A stretch of 64,000 nt of DNA from Podarcis filfolensis (taxonomy: Eukaryota). Under the pieces are notes generated by a model. The model was given only the letters and a program-made list of their open reading frames with translations, was not told the DNA's origin and ran no database searches. A program made the translations under genes and the position numbers. The stretch is from assembly GCA_964270895.1 (NCBI GenBank), contig OZ185439.1; one strand, written 5' to 3'. This document shows positions 25,294-41,185 of this stretch, one piece after another. Positions within the stretch are counted from its first letter, which is position 1. Each line of letters starts with the position of its first letter.

Positions 25294-25810
25294 TAGGTAA
25301 CAATATTATGGCTATGCCTCCCTAAGGAGTACTTGCAGGTCCAATGCAGGAATAGGGTGATGTTATGGGATAGGGACACTCAAACTAAGAGAGTTCTGGC
25401 ATAGAATCCCCTAATGGCAACATCACTTTGGTTCAATGTAGGTTTTCATGTAGCAATTGCTCCTGATGTTGCAGCTGACAACTGATAGAATTTTTCAGCT
25501 TAATGAGCTTTCTGAACAAACATACACAGGCGTGCATGTGTAAGATTTAAATATGATTTAAAACTAGGTGATTTAAGTGTTAACCACAACTGCCCCCCTC
25601 CCCACAGTCTATGGAAGCAGAGGTATGCACTTTCCAGGACCGGTGTGCCATATATGGTGATGTGATGTTCAGAGGTTCTTTAAACTATGCACTGGCACAT
25701 ACAAGTGCAATCAACACTGGCAGGGACCACACCTGCACATGCTGTAGTGCCAGATAAAGCACAGGCAAGCACTTCATGGGACCTATAACATTTAAACTGG
25801 CCTATTGTAG

Positions 25811-26389
<579 letters not shown>

Positions 26390-27897
26390 TTAATATTTCT
26401 ATTCTCCTTTTCCAACAACAAATGTTGAGCTCTAAGCGGCTCACAACAATCAGAAAGCATTGAAAAGAAACAATAAACATCACAATCGCTACAACCAGAT
26501 ATTGCTAGACAAACACAGTAACATACAAATAAAGCAAACAACAACAAATTCATTGAAATGATTAATACAAATCCATAAAGTCAAAGTCAAGAAGGTGCAT
26601 GCTCCCTAGTTAATAGTAGTTGCCTATATATGTATAGTGATTGCCTTTATACAGAGGCAATCACCCTTCCACTATTGTTTACTGTTGTTCCTAGATACCT
26701 GAAAAATTAGGCTAGAAGAATGACACACATTGATCACATTTTGAGAATCCTTTCTTGGCTTAATAACTGGAGTACGTCTGAGCCTTTTGTCTACACACAC
26801 AAGCCCTTTTAAGTGTGCAGTAATTAAACCCAGAAGTCTCCTACTAACCATAGAATCCCATTTTGCCCAAACCAGAAAACAATAGCTACCAGTCTTAGAA
26901 GATGCCAGGATCTTATAATCAGTTTTAAGTTGGTTTAACATCCTGGCTTGTTCCAAACCTCCAAACCATAGTATCTGAAGTAGAACACCATGTATGGTTA
27001 ATGAGAGACTTCTGGCTTTAATTCCTGGATGTTGCAAAGGCAGGAGAGAAGGGGCAGCATTGAGGGTGGGGAGGAGGGCAAAGGCATGTACATATATTGT
27101 CTTTAAGCAGACAGATGATTGACCAAATTCAAGTCACATTTTCTCTCATTTTCTTTCAAAGTTGATTTTTATATGGTAAAACATCTCTCATCCACATTTT
27201 GCTACACATGCTGTGCGCCATCTGGCTGCCCATTTCATAAAAATAAGTGCTTCCCACATGTCTCTTGATTCCAAGACTTGCTTCTCTTAGATCCTTCCAG
27301 CGGTATCCACAAACAAGTTCAGCTTGAGGGGAGACCATCTGCACTGCACTGCACGATGATTCAGGCTATGAACACACTCCCCATTTACTCTGCATGCAGT
27401 GCGTTCCCATTGTTGGTTTGTCATGGACACACGACGTTAGCCACAATCCAGATCTATCCTGTTATCAAACTCTGCATTTTGACACATTTTCCCCAAACCA
27501 GCTTTGATCCAAATTAAGTAAAAGAATGGCCTGGCTGCATTTTAAGCTGGTAATGACACAGAGGGCCAGAAGGCCACATCTAGCCTTCCTCACCCCTAGC
27601 TTAGCGTGTCACCTGAAACCAGGATCATAGTTAAGCTCTCTCCTCTTTAACCAGGCTAAAGCTACCTATGGCAACTGGCCACAACAACTATATTCTACCT
27701 CTGGTGTTGGGAGGCAGTATGCTGCTGAATGCCACTTTCTGGAAACCATAGGAGTACCGCTGTGCTTGGGTCCTGCTTGCAGGCTTACCACAGGCACCTT
27801 GTTGATTCATTATTACATGAATAGAAACGGCCTAGAATGAGCCTTTGAGAACATGCACGATAGAAGTGCAAAATGCTACAAGTGAGATCTCAACTTA

Positions 27898-28068
<171 letters not shown>

Positions 28069-29342
28069 CTACTATTACCAACAGTGGGACATAAGCAGAG
28101 TCTTGCCACCACTTCCCTGGCTTACTCCTGTAATGTAGCATCCTCTGGCCTCTGCAAGAGAGGGGAAGCAGCAGCCCTCAAGATATTGCTGGATTGCAAC
28201 ACCCATCTGACCATGGGTTATGCTGACCGAGACTGATGGGAATTAGATTCCAACTGCATCTCGAGGGGCATAGGTTCTTCACCACTGAACTGATTCTATG
28301 AACTTTCCCCCCCTCATCCTAGCAAAGAATGATGTCATAGTGGGATGCGTTCTGGGTCTGCATGAGTTTGGAGAGTATGTGAGTCAGCACAAATACTGAT
28401 AGCAGCAAAGGAACAGACAAGGCTACAAGCAGATGCTGGAAAGAGATAATTTACTTCATGGAAAATGCCCAATAATTTTTCAACCATTTTCATCTTCCTC
28501 TGGAGCAAAGGGTCTCCTCCTCCAGCAAACGCAACTGACCCAATAACATACTTTGGAAATTGATTAATACAATGGAAGTATATTACCATTTTCCAGCACC
28601 AGTGTAAGCCCTGTCTTGGCGTTTGATGTCCTGAACAAGATCAGTGGCACAATGGCACACCATTGCGCTTGAGACGAGCCCCTGGTAAGACAATGTCTAA
28701 GAGGCAAAATACTGGGGATGAGGCCATTGAAACTAGCACTAGGAAAATAATTAGCAGTTTTGGCCTAACAGCCTGCTGTGTAAATTTTTGAATGAGAGCA
28801 TTGCATACCTGCTGCTGGTTTTTAAATGCTACCTGAGATCTCTCTTTCAACCTCAAAAGCACTTCTTACAGATTTCCTGAACTCTTCACTATGGTAAATA
28901 AATATCCAAATAGTAGAATATACTACTCTGGAAGCATTACATTTTTGCACCAACATACTTTGTGTCCAAGGTGCTTTCCGAGGTTATTAAACACTGTACA
29001 ATGAACATTATGCTAAGAGTCCATTTGCTACTTATCCATGTGTTCATTTTGCATGGAATAGGGATAATAAAGATAGCTGCAGAACCACAGCAGTATAGGA
29101 TAAAAACAGCAGGGCAGAAGCAGATTCCTCAGCCTTTGGGAGAGAAATCAGCCATTTTGGGGAGTGGGGCGGGAATCTAGAACTCCTGACTGAATTAGGA
29201 ACAAAAGAACAACTGTTGACTGAGATTTCCTCTGGCAGAATTTAATGCACAGTTTTTCTGGTCACCTAGGTGACCTTTGCCCTGAACATGTCTGGGAAAC
29301 TGTGCTTGTGTTGGGCTAGTCTGGGCATTACTTTATGACACA

Positions 29343-29467
29343 CAGAATCATAGAATTGTAGAGTCGGAAGGGACCACATGGGCCATCTAGTCCAACCCCC
29401 TGCAATGCAGGAGTTTTCCCCACAACATGGGGTTCAAACCCACAACCCTGAGATTAAGAGTCTCATG
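29343..29467 (-). mobile_element. tRNA-Lys-derived SINE with CR1-type tail (Squam2 / P.s.1-like), 5'-truncated
   Basis: The minus strand reads catgagactcttaatctcagggttgtgggtttgaacccc (tRNA-Lys-CTT anticodon and T arms) joined to a CR1-type 3' end (ttccgactctacaattctatgattctg). Confidence 0.75.
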
Positions 29468-29785
29468 TTGTTATTTCGAAAGAGCAAGGATGAGGAGAAC
29501 CTGGATGAAAGACTCCAGCCCAGTTCCTCAAAATACACTATTTCAAATAAGCCATTGATGTAAGCAAGTCTTGCGCCAACAAGACCAAATGACTAGAGCA
29601 AATAAAGTGAAAAGTATTGTAGGTGTGTTACATTCTGCAACGTTAGGCTGCTAACTGTAATTTACTGGCAAGCATTAAACCAACCTGCTTAAGTTCCATC
29701 ACTTAACATATATAATGTGCAAAAGACAGATGAGCAGTTTAGCTATAACTCTCAACTATCCCAAAGGTAAAAATGCATATGATTA

Positions 29786-30259
<474 letters not shown>

Positions 30260-32612
30260 TCATGCCGCACTGATTCTCTCCTGTGTTATATCCCTGTGTT
30301 AGTGCTGCTGAAATGCAGCACCTGAAATATGGGAGGAAATGATACTAGCACACTGGTCAGAGCCAAGGAGAGGCACTTTGCAAGTTTTACCACTCGCTTC
30401 ATGCATCTTACTATCTGCCACACGCCCAATAAATGCTGGGCTACCATACCAGCAGGCTTCATAAATAGGCAGCGAGTTTGCAACATGGCCAATCTGTAGC
30501 AGCTTTATATTTGTGGTACATTTTTAATTTAATTTAAAATTAAATTGAGGGGCCCAGGTATCATTCACCTCACTGACCAGCACTGAAATGCTCTATAACC
30601 AAGAAAATAACTCCCTGTGAATGCTAAGAACAGAAAGCCTACCTGCACTGTCCTGTCATTTCAATGATTTTGACTTTTTATGGTCTTATTGGCTTACTTT
30701 TTTCTGGCACTACAGAAATGGAAGTTTCTGTAGTGGCCAGTGGGCTACGTTTAGTTCATAGGGTCACAAGGTGTGCAAAGCCTGTTCCAGTGGCATAGTA
30801 ATAATACTGTCCTGATCTCCCTTTAAAGGTGATATGGACAATAGCTCTTCTTTTAGACTGCAAGAATTCACAAATGCATACCATGAATATACAAATGATA
30901 GCTATTATCAGCAAGCCCCCACTACTCATTACCTGTTACTCATTATATATTTTTAAATGCTGGCACCTTGCCCTAAGCACTTGACAACTGCCTCATGTCA
31001 ATTGACCTGGAATTTCATTTACTGTAATGCAAAATTGGGTTGGGGGAAAGAGGGGACAACATACTAGAAACCCATCCAGGTATACTGATATTTTTACATG
31101 AGCAAGAGGGTATTAGAGAACATCATGATTTCTGTCTTTCTCCTTCCCTACTGTTAGGTTTTAAATCTCCAAGAGCTGGATTCTTAGGACAGAGTCTAAC
31201 TGCCAACTTAGTTGAAGGTTCAAACATGAACCATGTAATGCAGCGTGTATAAGGGCATTATTTGAATCTGCCTTTAGAATACAAGCAGCTATGGCATTAT
31301 TTTTTTTAAAAAGTCCATTAACTATTTGCCAATGCACTTCAGATGCAATTAAAATGAACAGACATTGCTATATGAATCCATAAAGGGAATGCAACACTAG
31401 TGTAATGCCAAATTCTCAAACTGGAAGGAGGGAACTCTAGCGGGCAAGGAATAAATGTCCACTGCAAAGAAGTAACACAGCTTATCAAAAGTACTAGAGT
31501 GCAGATCTTCCGCACCCACAGTGGTAATTAAAGTGCTGGGTTCTAGCCACATTTAAGCCTCTGACCTAAAAGAGGAAGTCATGTTAAGGAAATCTGATTA
31601 TGATCATCTTTGGTAGAAGAACAACAACAACAACAAAACCCCTCTGAGCCTTATTTATTATAAGAGCAACTTGTTTGCTGTAGCCTCCTCCCCCCTACCC
31701 TTTCCTTCTGTGCTCTTGCTGAATGGCTATTTAATTGGGCATGACTAAGACAACTGTCATGGTTTGGAAGCAAAGGTTTAATAAGGCTCTTCTGATAAAG
31801 AGGGACAGCTGCAGTGCAATCAGCAGGTCATTATCCACAATGTCATTCCAATTCAATGTCACCGCCTGGGCTCAACTAACCGACTTCTACATCAAGATAG
31901 GAGTCTTCTTTTCAGAAAATGGAGAGAAAGCCAAATAACCAGACGTAATCATGCCTTCATGTTGGAAAGTAGGTGAATGGAATAAAATAATGTGGATTCC
32001 GCTGGGATGGGGTTTTTTTCTCTCTCTCCCTTTCTTGACTGCCATATTTCTGAACAGATGAAATGGAAGAAGCACACCTATCTTTGATTGCAATTACTCA
32101 TTAAAGGACACTGCACAAATGTACAACTCGGGGCCTGGTGTAGAAGAAGTTGGAGAAAAATATGCACAAATGCCTATTAGTTTGCCAAATTTATACTGAG
32201 TGTTCACGGAGGTGGGGTGAACCAAAAGAGTACTGAGTCTCAACAGCAACTACTGGAGAGTGACCATAGCTCACAGAGTTTGCAATTGAGCATCTCTAGT
32301 CTCATCGGCTGATGAGGCTGTGCTCCTTGTTTTGCATTGTACTGGAACAGTTGAACTCAGGAGCTCTGAGCCCCTCACAAGCAGGGCTTCTGTGTGTGCT
32401 AAAAGCAAGCAGACGTTTTAGCTGAATTCTGCAAATTGCATAAATGATATTTTTCTCTGAGAGAAAAACAGCCGGAGATTTTAAATACCCGCCTCCTCCT
32501 TCAACACGCACTGTGCAAGGCTGCAGCTTCCTCAAGCAAATGTTGCAGTTGCCAAACACGATGTCAGAATCCATGCAGATCTCCTTGTAAAGCCCAACCC
32601 CCTGTTGTTTTA

Positions 32613-32888
<276 letters not shown>

Positions 32889-33084
32889 TCAAGACTGTGG
32901 CCCGGAAATCTCAAGGTTTCACACTAGTGCAAACTTAAAAAATACTTTGAAGGCCACTAGCATGGTGTTCCAAGTTAACTATGTTCTCTATGATCTCTTG
33001 GAACAATTCATAATGCGTAATATCGGAAGGCTTGAATCCAGACCCATGTTGTATGCTGCAGCTTTAACATGAGAACAAAGAGCT

Positions 33085-33300
33085 ACTAATGGCTACTAGC
33101 CACAAGAGCTATCCCCAACCTTCACGGTTGGAGGCAGCAATGCATCTGAAGAACAGCTGCTGGAAACCACAGGAGAGGGGGAGTGCTCTTGTGCTCAGGT
33201 CCTGCTCCAGTGTTTCCCACAGGCATTTGGGTGGCCATTGTGAAAATAGGATGCAGGATTAGATGGTCCCTTGACCTGATCCAGAAGGCTCTTCTTATGT
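33085..33300 (+). mobile_element. CR1-clade LINE 3' end fragment
   Basis: Begins at an ORF2-end-like aatggctactag and ends in ctcttcttatgt, a ttcttatg-type tail. Recognised by eye. Confidence 0.55.
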
Positions 33301-33382
33301 GGTGGTGCTGAAGTCCCTGAGCATAGAAAGACACTGTAAGTTCTAAGCCACTGTAGGTTCCTTCTGCTTGGAACCAGGCCAA

Positions 33383-33571
33383 GGAACATAGGAAGTTGTC
33401 TTATACCAGGTTTCCCTAGCCCCATGCTGTTGACTCCTACTGGCAGCAGCTCTTTGGAAAAGAAGGGTGTTTTTTCTCACCTGCTCCCTGATCCTTTCAA
33501 CTGCAGACACCAGGAATTGAACCTGGGGCCTTCTATATGCAGAACACACGCCCTGCCATTGAGCTACAGCC
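33383..33571 (-). mobile_element. Squam3-like SINE
   Basis: Minus-strand tRNA-like head ggctgtagctcaatgg ... ccaggttcaattcc (A and B boxes) and tail gacaacttcctatgttcc. Confidence 0.7.
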
Positions 33572-34890
33572 TAAAGCGAACAACCCTTCCAGCGGCATTC
33601 TTAGAGTTCTGAGAATCCGTTACCATGTGCCTGTTCTGGCCATTTTTATGAGCTTTGAAGCTGATGGTCCTTATGACCTTTGTCTAGTGCATCTAAGTTA
33701 TGGTGCATCTAACTCATGAATAAAACTCAAAGGAAAGGGGAAATGTTGTATGAAAATTTTAGTAGACTGTACCAGCACCACAGTATGAAAACCATGGCTA
33801 AGGACAGGCCCTTTTAAACTTGTTTCATCCCCCCACCCACCCTCCCCAAACAAGGCTACTTTGACAAAGAACAAATTTATGAAAAATTCAGGGCCAAATT
33901 CATATATTGTCAACTATTTCCAACCTTCCTGTGGATGTCTGGAATGGAACTCACAGACCACTAGTGTTTGTGGATTATAGAACGTCTGCTCTAGAAGGCA
34001 CGCAGGAAAAAGCATCTTGTTTGTTATATGCTGACCATCTATCCTACTTCAGAATGTGACAACTGGTGATTATAAGCAATAAATCAAAACTGAGCTGATT
34101 CCACACAATATCACCACATGGGGCTGATCTTAAACCAACTAGGGTTTAAAATTAAATGCTGCTTTGTGGAAGCTCTTAGACCAGTGACTCTCAGATGCTG
34201 GTGGGAGTCCAACTGCCACCAGTCCAACCCATCATGACCAATGGTCAGGGGAAATGGGAACTGTGGTCATATGGAGGGCCACAAGTTCCCCATCCCTGTC
34301 TCAGTTCTAACACTCCTTACTCCTTTTAAGTCATCCTTTCCTTAAGATTTCAAATGAGGCTGCTAAGTGATATGGCTTTTCCTGCCCCTTCTACATGCAG
34401 GAAGATTATTCACCTTCATAGGATGGAGCTGCTACCCAAGGTAATGCCAAGACATGCAAGGTGAGATACTAGGGTTAAGTAGTGTAAGCAGCTTTGGCAA
34501 AGCATTAACAATGTTCACTCAGCACAGGACTGACTCCTGCCAGGATTCCAGAGAATGAAAAGTTCAGCACAATTTGCTCCTTTTCCAGGCCCGCAGAATT
34601 ATGTCCCCATCGCACCAGGAATTATGGCATTAGCATACTTTCCTCCATCTGTCCAAAGTACTTTAAAAACAAAACTCAACTTGATCCCGTTTCTCAGACT
34701 TAGTCCTTTTATCGATATACAATTTTAAAAATAGCATTAAAGAGCTATTCATTGGCCTGAAAGCGATCGCCAAACATGCTGTGTATGAAACATTGAATAA
34801 TATGTACATATTGCTTGCTGGGGGAGGTCAGCTGGTGAGCTTCATGGCTCTGGAGTGTCTTGAAGCCATCCCTTGCTTGACACTCTAATG

Positions 34891-34999
34891 CAGGCATAGG
34901 CAAACAACTCCCATCATCCCTGACCACTGGTCCTGTTAGCTAGGGATGATGGGAGTTGTAGTCCCAAAACATCTGGAGAGCCGAGTTTGCATATGCCTG
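34891..34999. mobile_element. Short hAT MITE with an internal deletion, 109 bp
   Basis: TIRs caggcataggcaaac / gtttgcatatgcctg; perfect 8-bp TSD ctctaatg at 34883-34890 and 35000-35007. Confidence 0.85.
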
Positions 35000-36775
35000 C
35001 TCTAATGTCTACACTTGACTACAGCGCACAGTTGCACTTCCCACTGTAGTTTGGTGCTTCCCTATAACAGTATTTTCCCCTTAAATCAGCCTGGGCAAAT
35101 ATTCACAGGAAAAGTGGCAGAAGTAGCTCACTTCATGCTACAGATAAGGGCAGCTGGAGGTGGTATGGAAAAAGATGCAAAGCATTCAAGTAAATGTATA
35201 ACTTTTAATAGCTACCAAAAGTTTGCCATGGGCAATGTACCAAAATAAGGAGAAAAAACAAGATGGAATTGCAACGCATACATTAAGACCTAAATGTCAA
35301 CAAGGCCCCAAAGCTTCAGGTGCCAGTAGGCATTTTTCTCTCTGCTGTCAGTGGTTTTCCTGTTTTAAATGTTACACTGCTATAGGACAAGGATAAATAG
35401 CTATCTAATAACGAGCTGAACCAATATTCCACCTAGATCACTTGTGCCAATTCCGACAGAGTCTTTACAAGCCAACTACCTGAGGTCTTTTAACCAAGAA
35501 TGCCAGTGGTGGCTCTTCACTGGACTAAAAATCTTCCCAATGGATATAGTAAATATATAGATGTAGGGTTCACACACACACAATTAAAGCAGTTAGAATT
35601 ACATCTGATTATATTTTCTTTCTTTTCCCCCCATTATTTCATTCACTATATGCATAGAACAGCAGTGGACTGGAGACAGGGAAAGAGCCATCAGAAGGAA
35701 AATTTCAAAATGTACATGGCAGCCCTTGATTACTTAAAAAAAAACAACAAAAAAATCCATGAGAAGCTTCTCAGTCTACAAATCTCTGACAGCAAAGTCA
35801 TGCTGTAAGTAAAACAGCAAAGAGCTCTCAGGCAAGTTAGGGATTTTTTTAAATAAGAAAAAAAAACCCTGTAGATGATCCAGCAAAGTGTCTTGTTTAG
35901 AATGCCTGCTGCAGAGAATGTGTGTTTCTTTAGTTTTATTAAGATTTACAATGGAGTACTCCGTAGCAATTAATCACTTTAATGACACCCTATCGACAAA
36001 CATATACAGCTGGCACCCTATAAAGATCAATTTTATTTTATATGCTAATGCAGTGGCACTCATTAGTGATAAAACAATTAACGGTGCTGCTTGCAAACAG
36101 CTCACTAGCATTTTAGTAGCACACAGAAATGGCCAATATGTTATAATTCTTAAATCTAGTTAAGGATAACATAATTAGTTGCCTATGTTTGTTGTCAGGC
36201 AAAAAGAGACTTCATTGCTAAGAGATTTAAAACCAAGGGGACTATTGTCTACATGCCAGGCCATTCTGTTAAACAATGTTTTTTTTTGAAGAAACTTGCC
36301 AACTGTTGATCTGGAGCATTAGTGTCTAATCAAATGCTTGCATGGACATGGATGTTGCTCTATGGTATTGTATCTGTGCTGGCAAGCTATCCATGTATGC
36401 AACAGGCAGCAGCCACCAGAAAGGAGGAGGCAAAGTAACCCACACCATAGTAATCTATGGACCATCTCTCTGCCAGTGGAGCTTCATGTCCCATCAGAAC
36501 ATTGCACGATGTTTTATTCAGTTTACAGTTGAGAATGTGGAAGCCCTTAGCTGCAATAAAACTGTGCTATCTGCACTGGAGTTCCCATATGGTCTTTGAA
36601 GCAGCTGCATGACAGCAAGCAAAACAGAGCTGCTTTGTCGTATGCAGGGATGGAATCAAAGTCACTCCAACCAGAAACCTGCTGTAAACATGATTCTGAG
36701 ACAATCAAGTAATTTGTTCTACTTAGAATGAAAACCAAAAACTTAGTTAAGGAGGAGGCACTGAAGTTACGTCTA

Positions 36776-36928
<153 letters not shown>

Positions 36929-39900
36929 CTAACAGACACACACAAAAAAGAAGGAAATAATAGACATTAGTGAAGCAGATGGCCATGTTCCGGTAACAGC
37001 TGTTGAAGTCCGGTGATGAGTCATGCACAAATATCTAGCAAGGCACTTGGTTCAATCTGATTAAGTGGTTAAAGACTCCCAAGTAATAATGAAAACCCTA
37101 AAGAACTCCAGAATAAAGTAGCTCTCACTATGTGTGTGTACGTGTGTGCAAGTATGTATGTATGAAATTTTGCCCCAAAGGATCAGTCTTCATTTGAATC
37201 AGTCAAGAGGCTTAAACTCTGGAAGAACTTAGGTGGAATAGGGTCACTGCCCAAACTAGAATCATAAGCAGTGAGATTCTGCGTGTGCTTTGCGCTCTTT
37301 TGTCTATTGTCAAAAATAGAAATACATCACTGCTTCCCCTCTGAATGCCTCTGCCCCTGGATAATCTTTCAGTTCTAGAAATATTTTGCATTAGATCCTG
37401 GATTGTATCGAGTGTACTATATGCCCCCATGTAGTCCCATGATAATACCTCCATCAAAATAATACTCAACAATATCTAGATCTTTGCATATCTAAACACT
37501 CTCAAATCCCTGGTGATGTAGGCTACTTCTCTTTTAACAACAGTAATGTAAATGGTAGAAAAGGAAGTGTGACTTCTCCAAACGGTCAGTGCAACTGGCC
37601 GCCAGCTCAATCCATCACTAACTACCTCCTGTTCTCTTTCTCAGCTGGAAGTTTATTTTAGCCTCTACGCTATCCCTTAGGATACCAGAAAATCCACAAA
37701 TATATATTACTGGGTGATGAAAGGACTGATTTCCCCCCTAGATCAAGTAAATATTGGACTTCCGGAGGCATTTGCAGTCCCCTTCTCTAGCCCCCAGACT
37801 GCACCCTACATATACGGGCTCTGAATTGAACATGTGGGAGACAAAGATGAAACTGTTCTGGACAAAAGCTAGATCAAAAAATACTTCTCACTTTGGATAC
37901 TCACTCACTGGTTGACTAGAATTCTGCAGCCCATGAGGCTGCCCTGCTTTTCTATGGTACTTACTGACAGAGAGTTGCATCCAATGCTAGTCTTAATCAA
38001 AGTAGACCAAATTAAAATAATAATTTCAATGGGTCCAATCTGCGTATAACTTAGTTGGATACAACTCAAATACAGCAGAACCTCTGGATTAATACACATG
38101 ACCATCATACAATGTAGTTAATGAAAGAAAGGCGCTTGATAGAGGTAATTTTTATCACACACTACCAATCTTCACTGATGCAAGGGATGGTGAAATACCC
38201 CTACACTTTTTTAAAAAGCGAAAATTGAAAAATCCACTTGATAGCTGGTCCTCTGTTTCTAGCCTATGTTAGCTAGACATTTGTTAATGAGCACTTCTGA
38301 ATATTGAGGTAATATGTTTCACTTTATATTAACTGCAGTTCTATATATTCCAGCGTTTTATTATAAACCAGATGCCATGAACTGTCCTCCTGAATGGTAT
38401 TGTATTCAACCAAAATCCAGATCATTTCATTCCCAGCTGGTTGCTAGTAGACTGAATGCTGAGTTGGGCTCTTCCATAAGCTGAGCAAAAGCCATCACCA
38501 AGCCACAAATGTGCTCTCTCAGTGCCTAGTAGATGAGCTACTATGACACTAACACGAGCTGATGAAAACTGAGAAAAGAGAAGGCAGGATTTGTATTTGG
38601 GAGATGGTTATAATCTAATTTTAAAGGGAAGTATGATAAAGGAAATATGAAGTTTCCAGACAGTGGTTAAGAGGGGGAGGAGAAAGAGATAAAACAACAG
38701 CCTCTGACATCCAGTTGGCCTCATGTGACTGGATACTACAGATCAGAAGGCCCTACATGCCCCAACGGGATTTACACTCTAATGCACAGATTTATACTGT
38801 CTGCCAGAGAGTCACTAAGAGTAAAGTTATATTCACCCTCATTATTCCGTACTCAGTGTAAACACAGCATGAAAACAGAAAACAGAAAAAGCTTTGAACA
38901 GGCAACATGCTTAAGATACCTTGGATACAGCTCTACATTTGTATTGACCAGGCTATTTGCTGCTGATTATTTAAACTAGCGCTGAAGGCTGCCCTACCGA
39001 GGGATAATTCCTTAGGTCAGGAGCATTATAAGGACAGACTGAGCGATGAATGACAGTAAGCCTTCTAAGGATTTGCCTGCCACCTCCACCCCGTCATTTC
39101 TGATCTTGTCATTCTCCCCTCTCCTCCTCCCCTTTATCTGCATTTCTAGGAGACTTAGGTTTCAAGCCTTCTGCTCACCCAGAAGTATCTCTTTCTACAT
39201 GGCATTCAGGGTGAACAACTTTTCAGGTCAACCCTTCTTTGTGCAAAGATATCCATTGATATGTTGTGTTTTTATTGTACACCACTGCGGCATTTTGTAG
39301 TGTTTAGAGGTTTATAAATAATCCAAAACAAACATACATAGTGTTCCGGGACAAAGATATCATACAGAATTGTTTATTACACTCCTAAGATCCAATTTTT
39401 TCAGAGAATTTGGAATCCTGGAAGACCTGCTCCTGGCCTTTCAGGCCTTTTCCACCTGACCTGGGAGGGTGGGGCCCTGATTGACTCCAACTACAAAAGC
39501 TGAGCCTGATGAACAGGCTGGGGTATTGTTTAGGGAGTTCTGTTGAGGGGGATGGGTTGTTACTGCCATTGATATTAATTTTTGTATCTTTATTTGAGAT
39601 CTTACGGTTTATGTGGAAATTGTTTAATTTGGTTGTTTACTTTTGATGTTTAATTTATTGTTTATGACTAATTTAGTTATGCTTGTAATTATGTAATTTC
39701 CTTCATGTTGCAAGCTGCCTTGAGCATGTCTGAACTATGGAAAGAGGGTATAAAAATAAAATTATGTATGCACTTGTGGGAAGGAAAAGAGTAGTACAAG
39801 AAAGAAAGACTAGGATGCCTGGGATTCCCAAAGCCAGTAATCTTGGCCAGTGGAGAGAGGAAGATGGAGAAGAGGGAGGAACAGGAGTCTTGGAGCACAT

Positions 39901-39939
39901 TTGCAAAGCTAAGCAGGGTCCAGTGTGGTTTCAAACTGG

Positions 39940-40029
39940 ATGGGGGACTGTGTGCAGGAGATTCCTGCACTGTGGGGGGTTGGGCTAGATGACTCTTGGA
40001 ATCTCTTCCAACTCTACAATTCTATGAAT
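39940..40029 (+). mobile_element. CR1-type 3' end fragment
   Basis: ggggggttgggctagatgac ... ttccaactctacaattctatgaatc, the same tail family as 29343-29410. Confidence 0.65.
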
Positions 40030-40574
40030 CAGACATACGTATTCCTGTCTCAATAAAAAGAGAATTAGATAAGGGGTGATATCCAACATCATGTGAACAG
40101 ATCTTGGTTCCTGCAGCAGGAACTCCCTGCCTCTTTTCTCTCCTATAGCATCCCACACGTTCCAAAACTGCTCAAGAGGGTTGAGACCCCTTCTGAATCA
40201 GATTTTTGGGGGATATGAAGGCTGCAAGGGGGGGTGAGAGGAAGGCAAGTCCCATTGCATGAGCAGAAGTCATCCACTCATGGATGGACACAATCAGATA
40301 TTATCTTTTGAGAAGCGAATGCCAAATTCTACAGATTTTATATTATGTGCCCAGTAAAACTACTAATACAGGAAATAGAAACAGCTTTTACAAGTCGAGG
40401 TAAGGATCCACCACATTGTAATGATCTAAACAGGCTCTAAGTGGCATTCTGCAACCTTTTTTTGTTGTTAGTCTATTTATTTATTGAAATGATTTTTATG
40501 CCAGTTTGCAGTTCCGAAAAAGATTTTAAAAATTCTAAGCACTTTGCAACCTATCTTAAAACGTCAAATGGATT

Positions 40575-41185
40575 TTGCTGCATCTGAAGCACCAAAGTGA
40601 CCTCTAACAATGCACAAGCCTGGCAGTGTGAATGGAGGTCTTGGGCTGCCCGGACAACAAGACTCCCCTTTGGGCCTCACTGATGTGGTCCGAAGGAAAG
40701 GAAAGCAACACATTTGGCATCAGCTTGGCTGCAGGAGTTGCTGGAAGGAAGTATTCAATCCAATCACCTTAGGGACTCCACTACGAATTTGTGTAGGGTT
40801 TAATCCTTAACTTTTTCTCCCTGAAGATGTCCTGTAAGGCAGTGGGTATGGATTGCTCCTCAGGGTTTACTTCCAAAGCCTTTCTCACAAATGAGTATAT
40901 CTGCTTTCCTATCTGCCCCTCATTTCTCTCTACAGCATGTGCAGAAACTGTCTTCTTGACAGTTGGACCCACGTCTGCTCAATCCGCCTTTGCATGCAGG
41001 GGTTTTGAGATCCATTGGCTACCTTCACCTGGTTTAGCTGGCCAGTCAAAGCCATTTCTGGGGTGTGGCCACTGTCGCAAGCCAACAGCTTCTAGGAGCC
41101 ACAGACAAGAGCTCAGTGCAGGGGGAAGACTTATGGTGAACAAGGAGCATGACGTGTCCCCCAGCAGAGATACTGCCTCTCCCAA
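40575..41185 (-). mobile_element. Interspersed repeat, probably a LINE 5' portion; family not assigned
   Basis: GC-richer block resembling a repeat I recall from lizard genomes; no TSD identified. Low certainty. Confidence 0.35.

Noticed and set aside
29415-29467. tRNA-Lys(CTT)-like sequence on the minus strand
   Set aside because: The 5' acceptor and D arms are missing, the T arm is mutated, and it is fused to a CR1 tail: a SINE head, not a tRNA gene.
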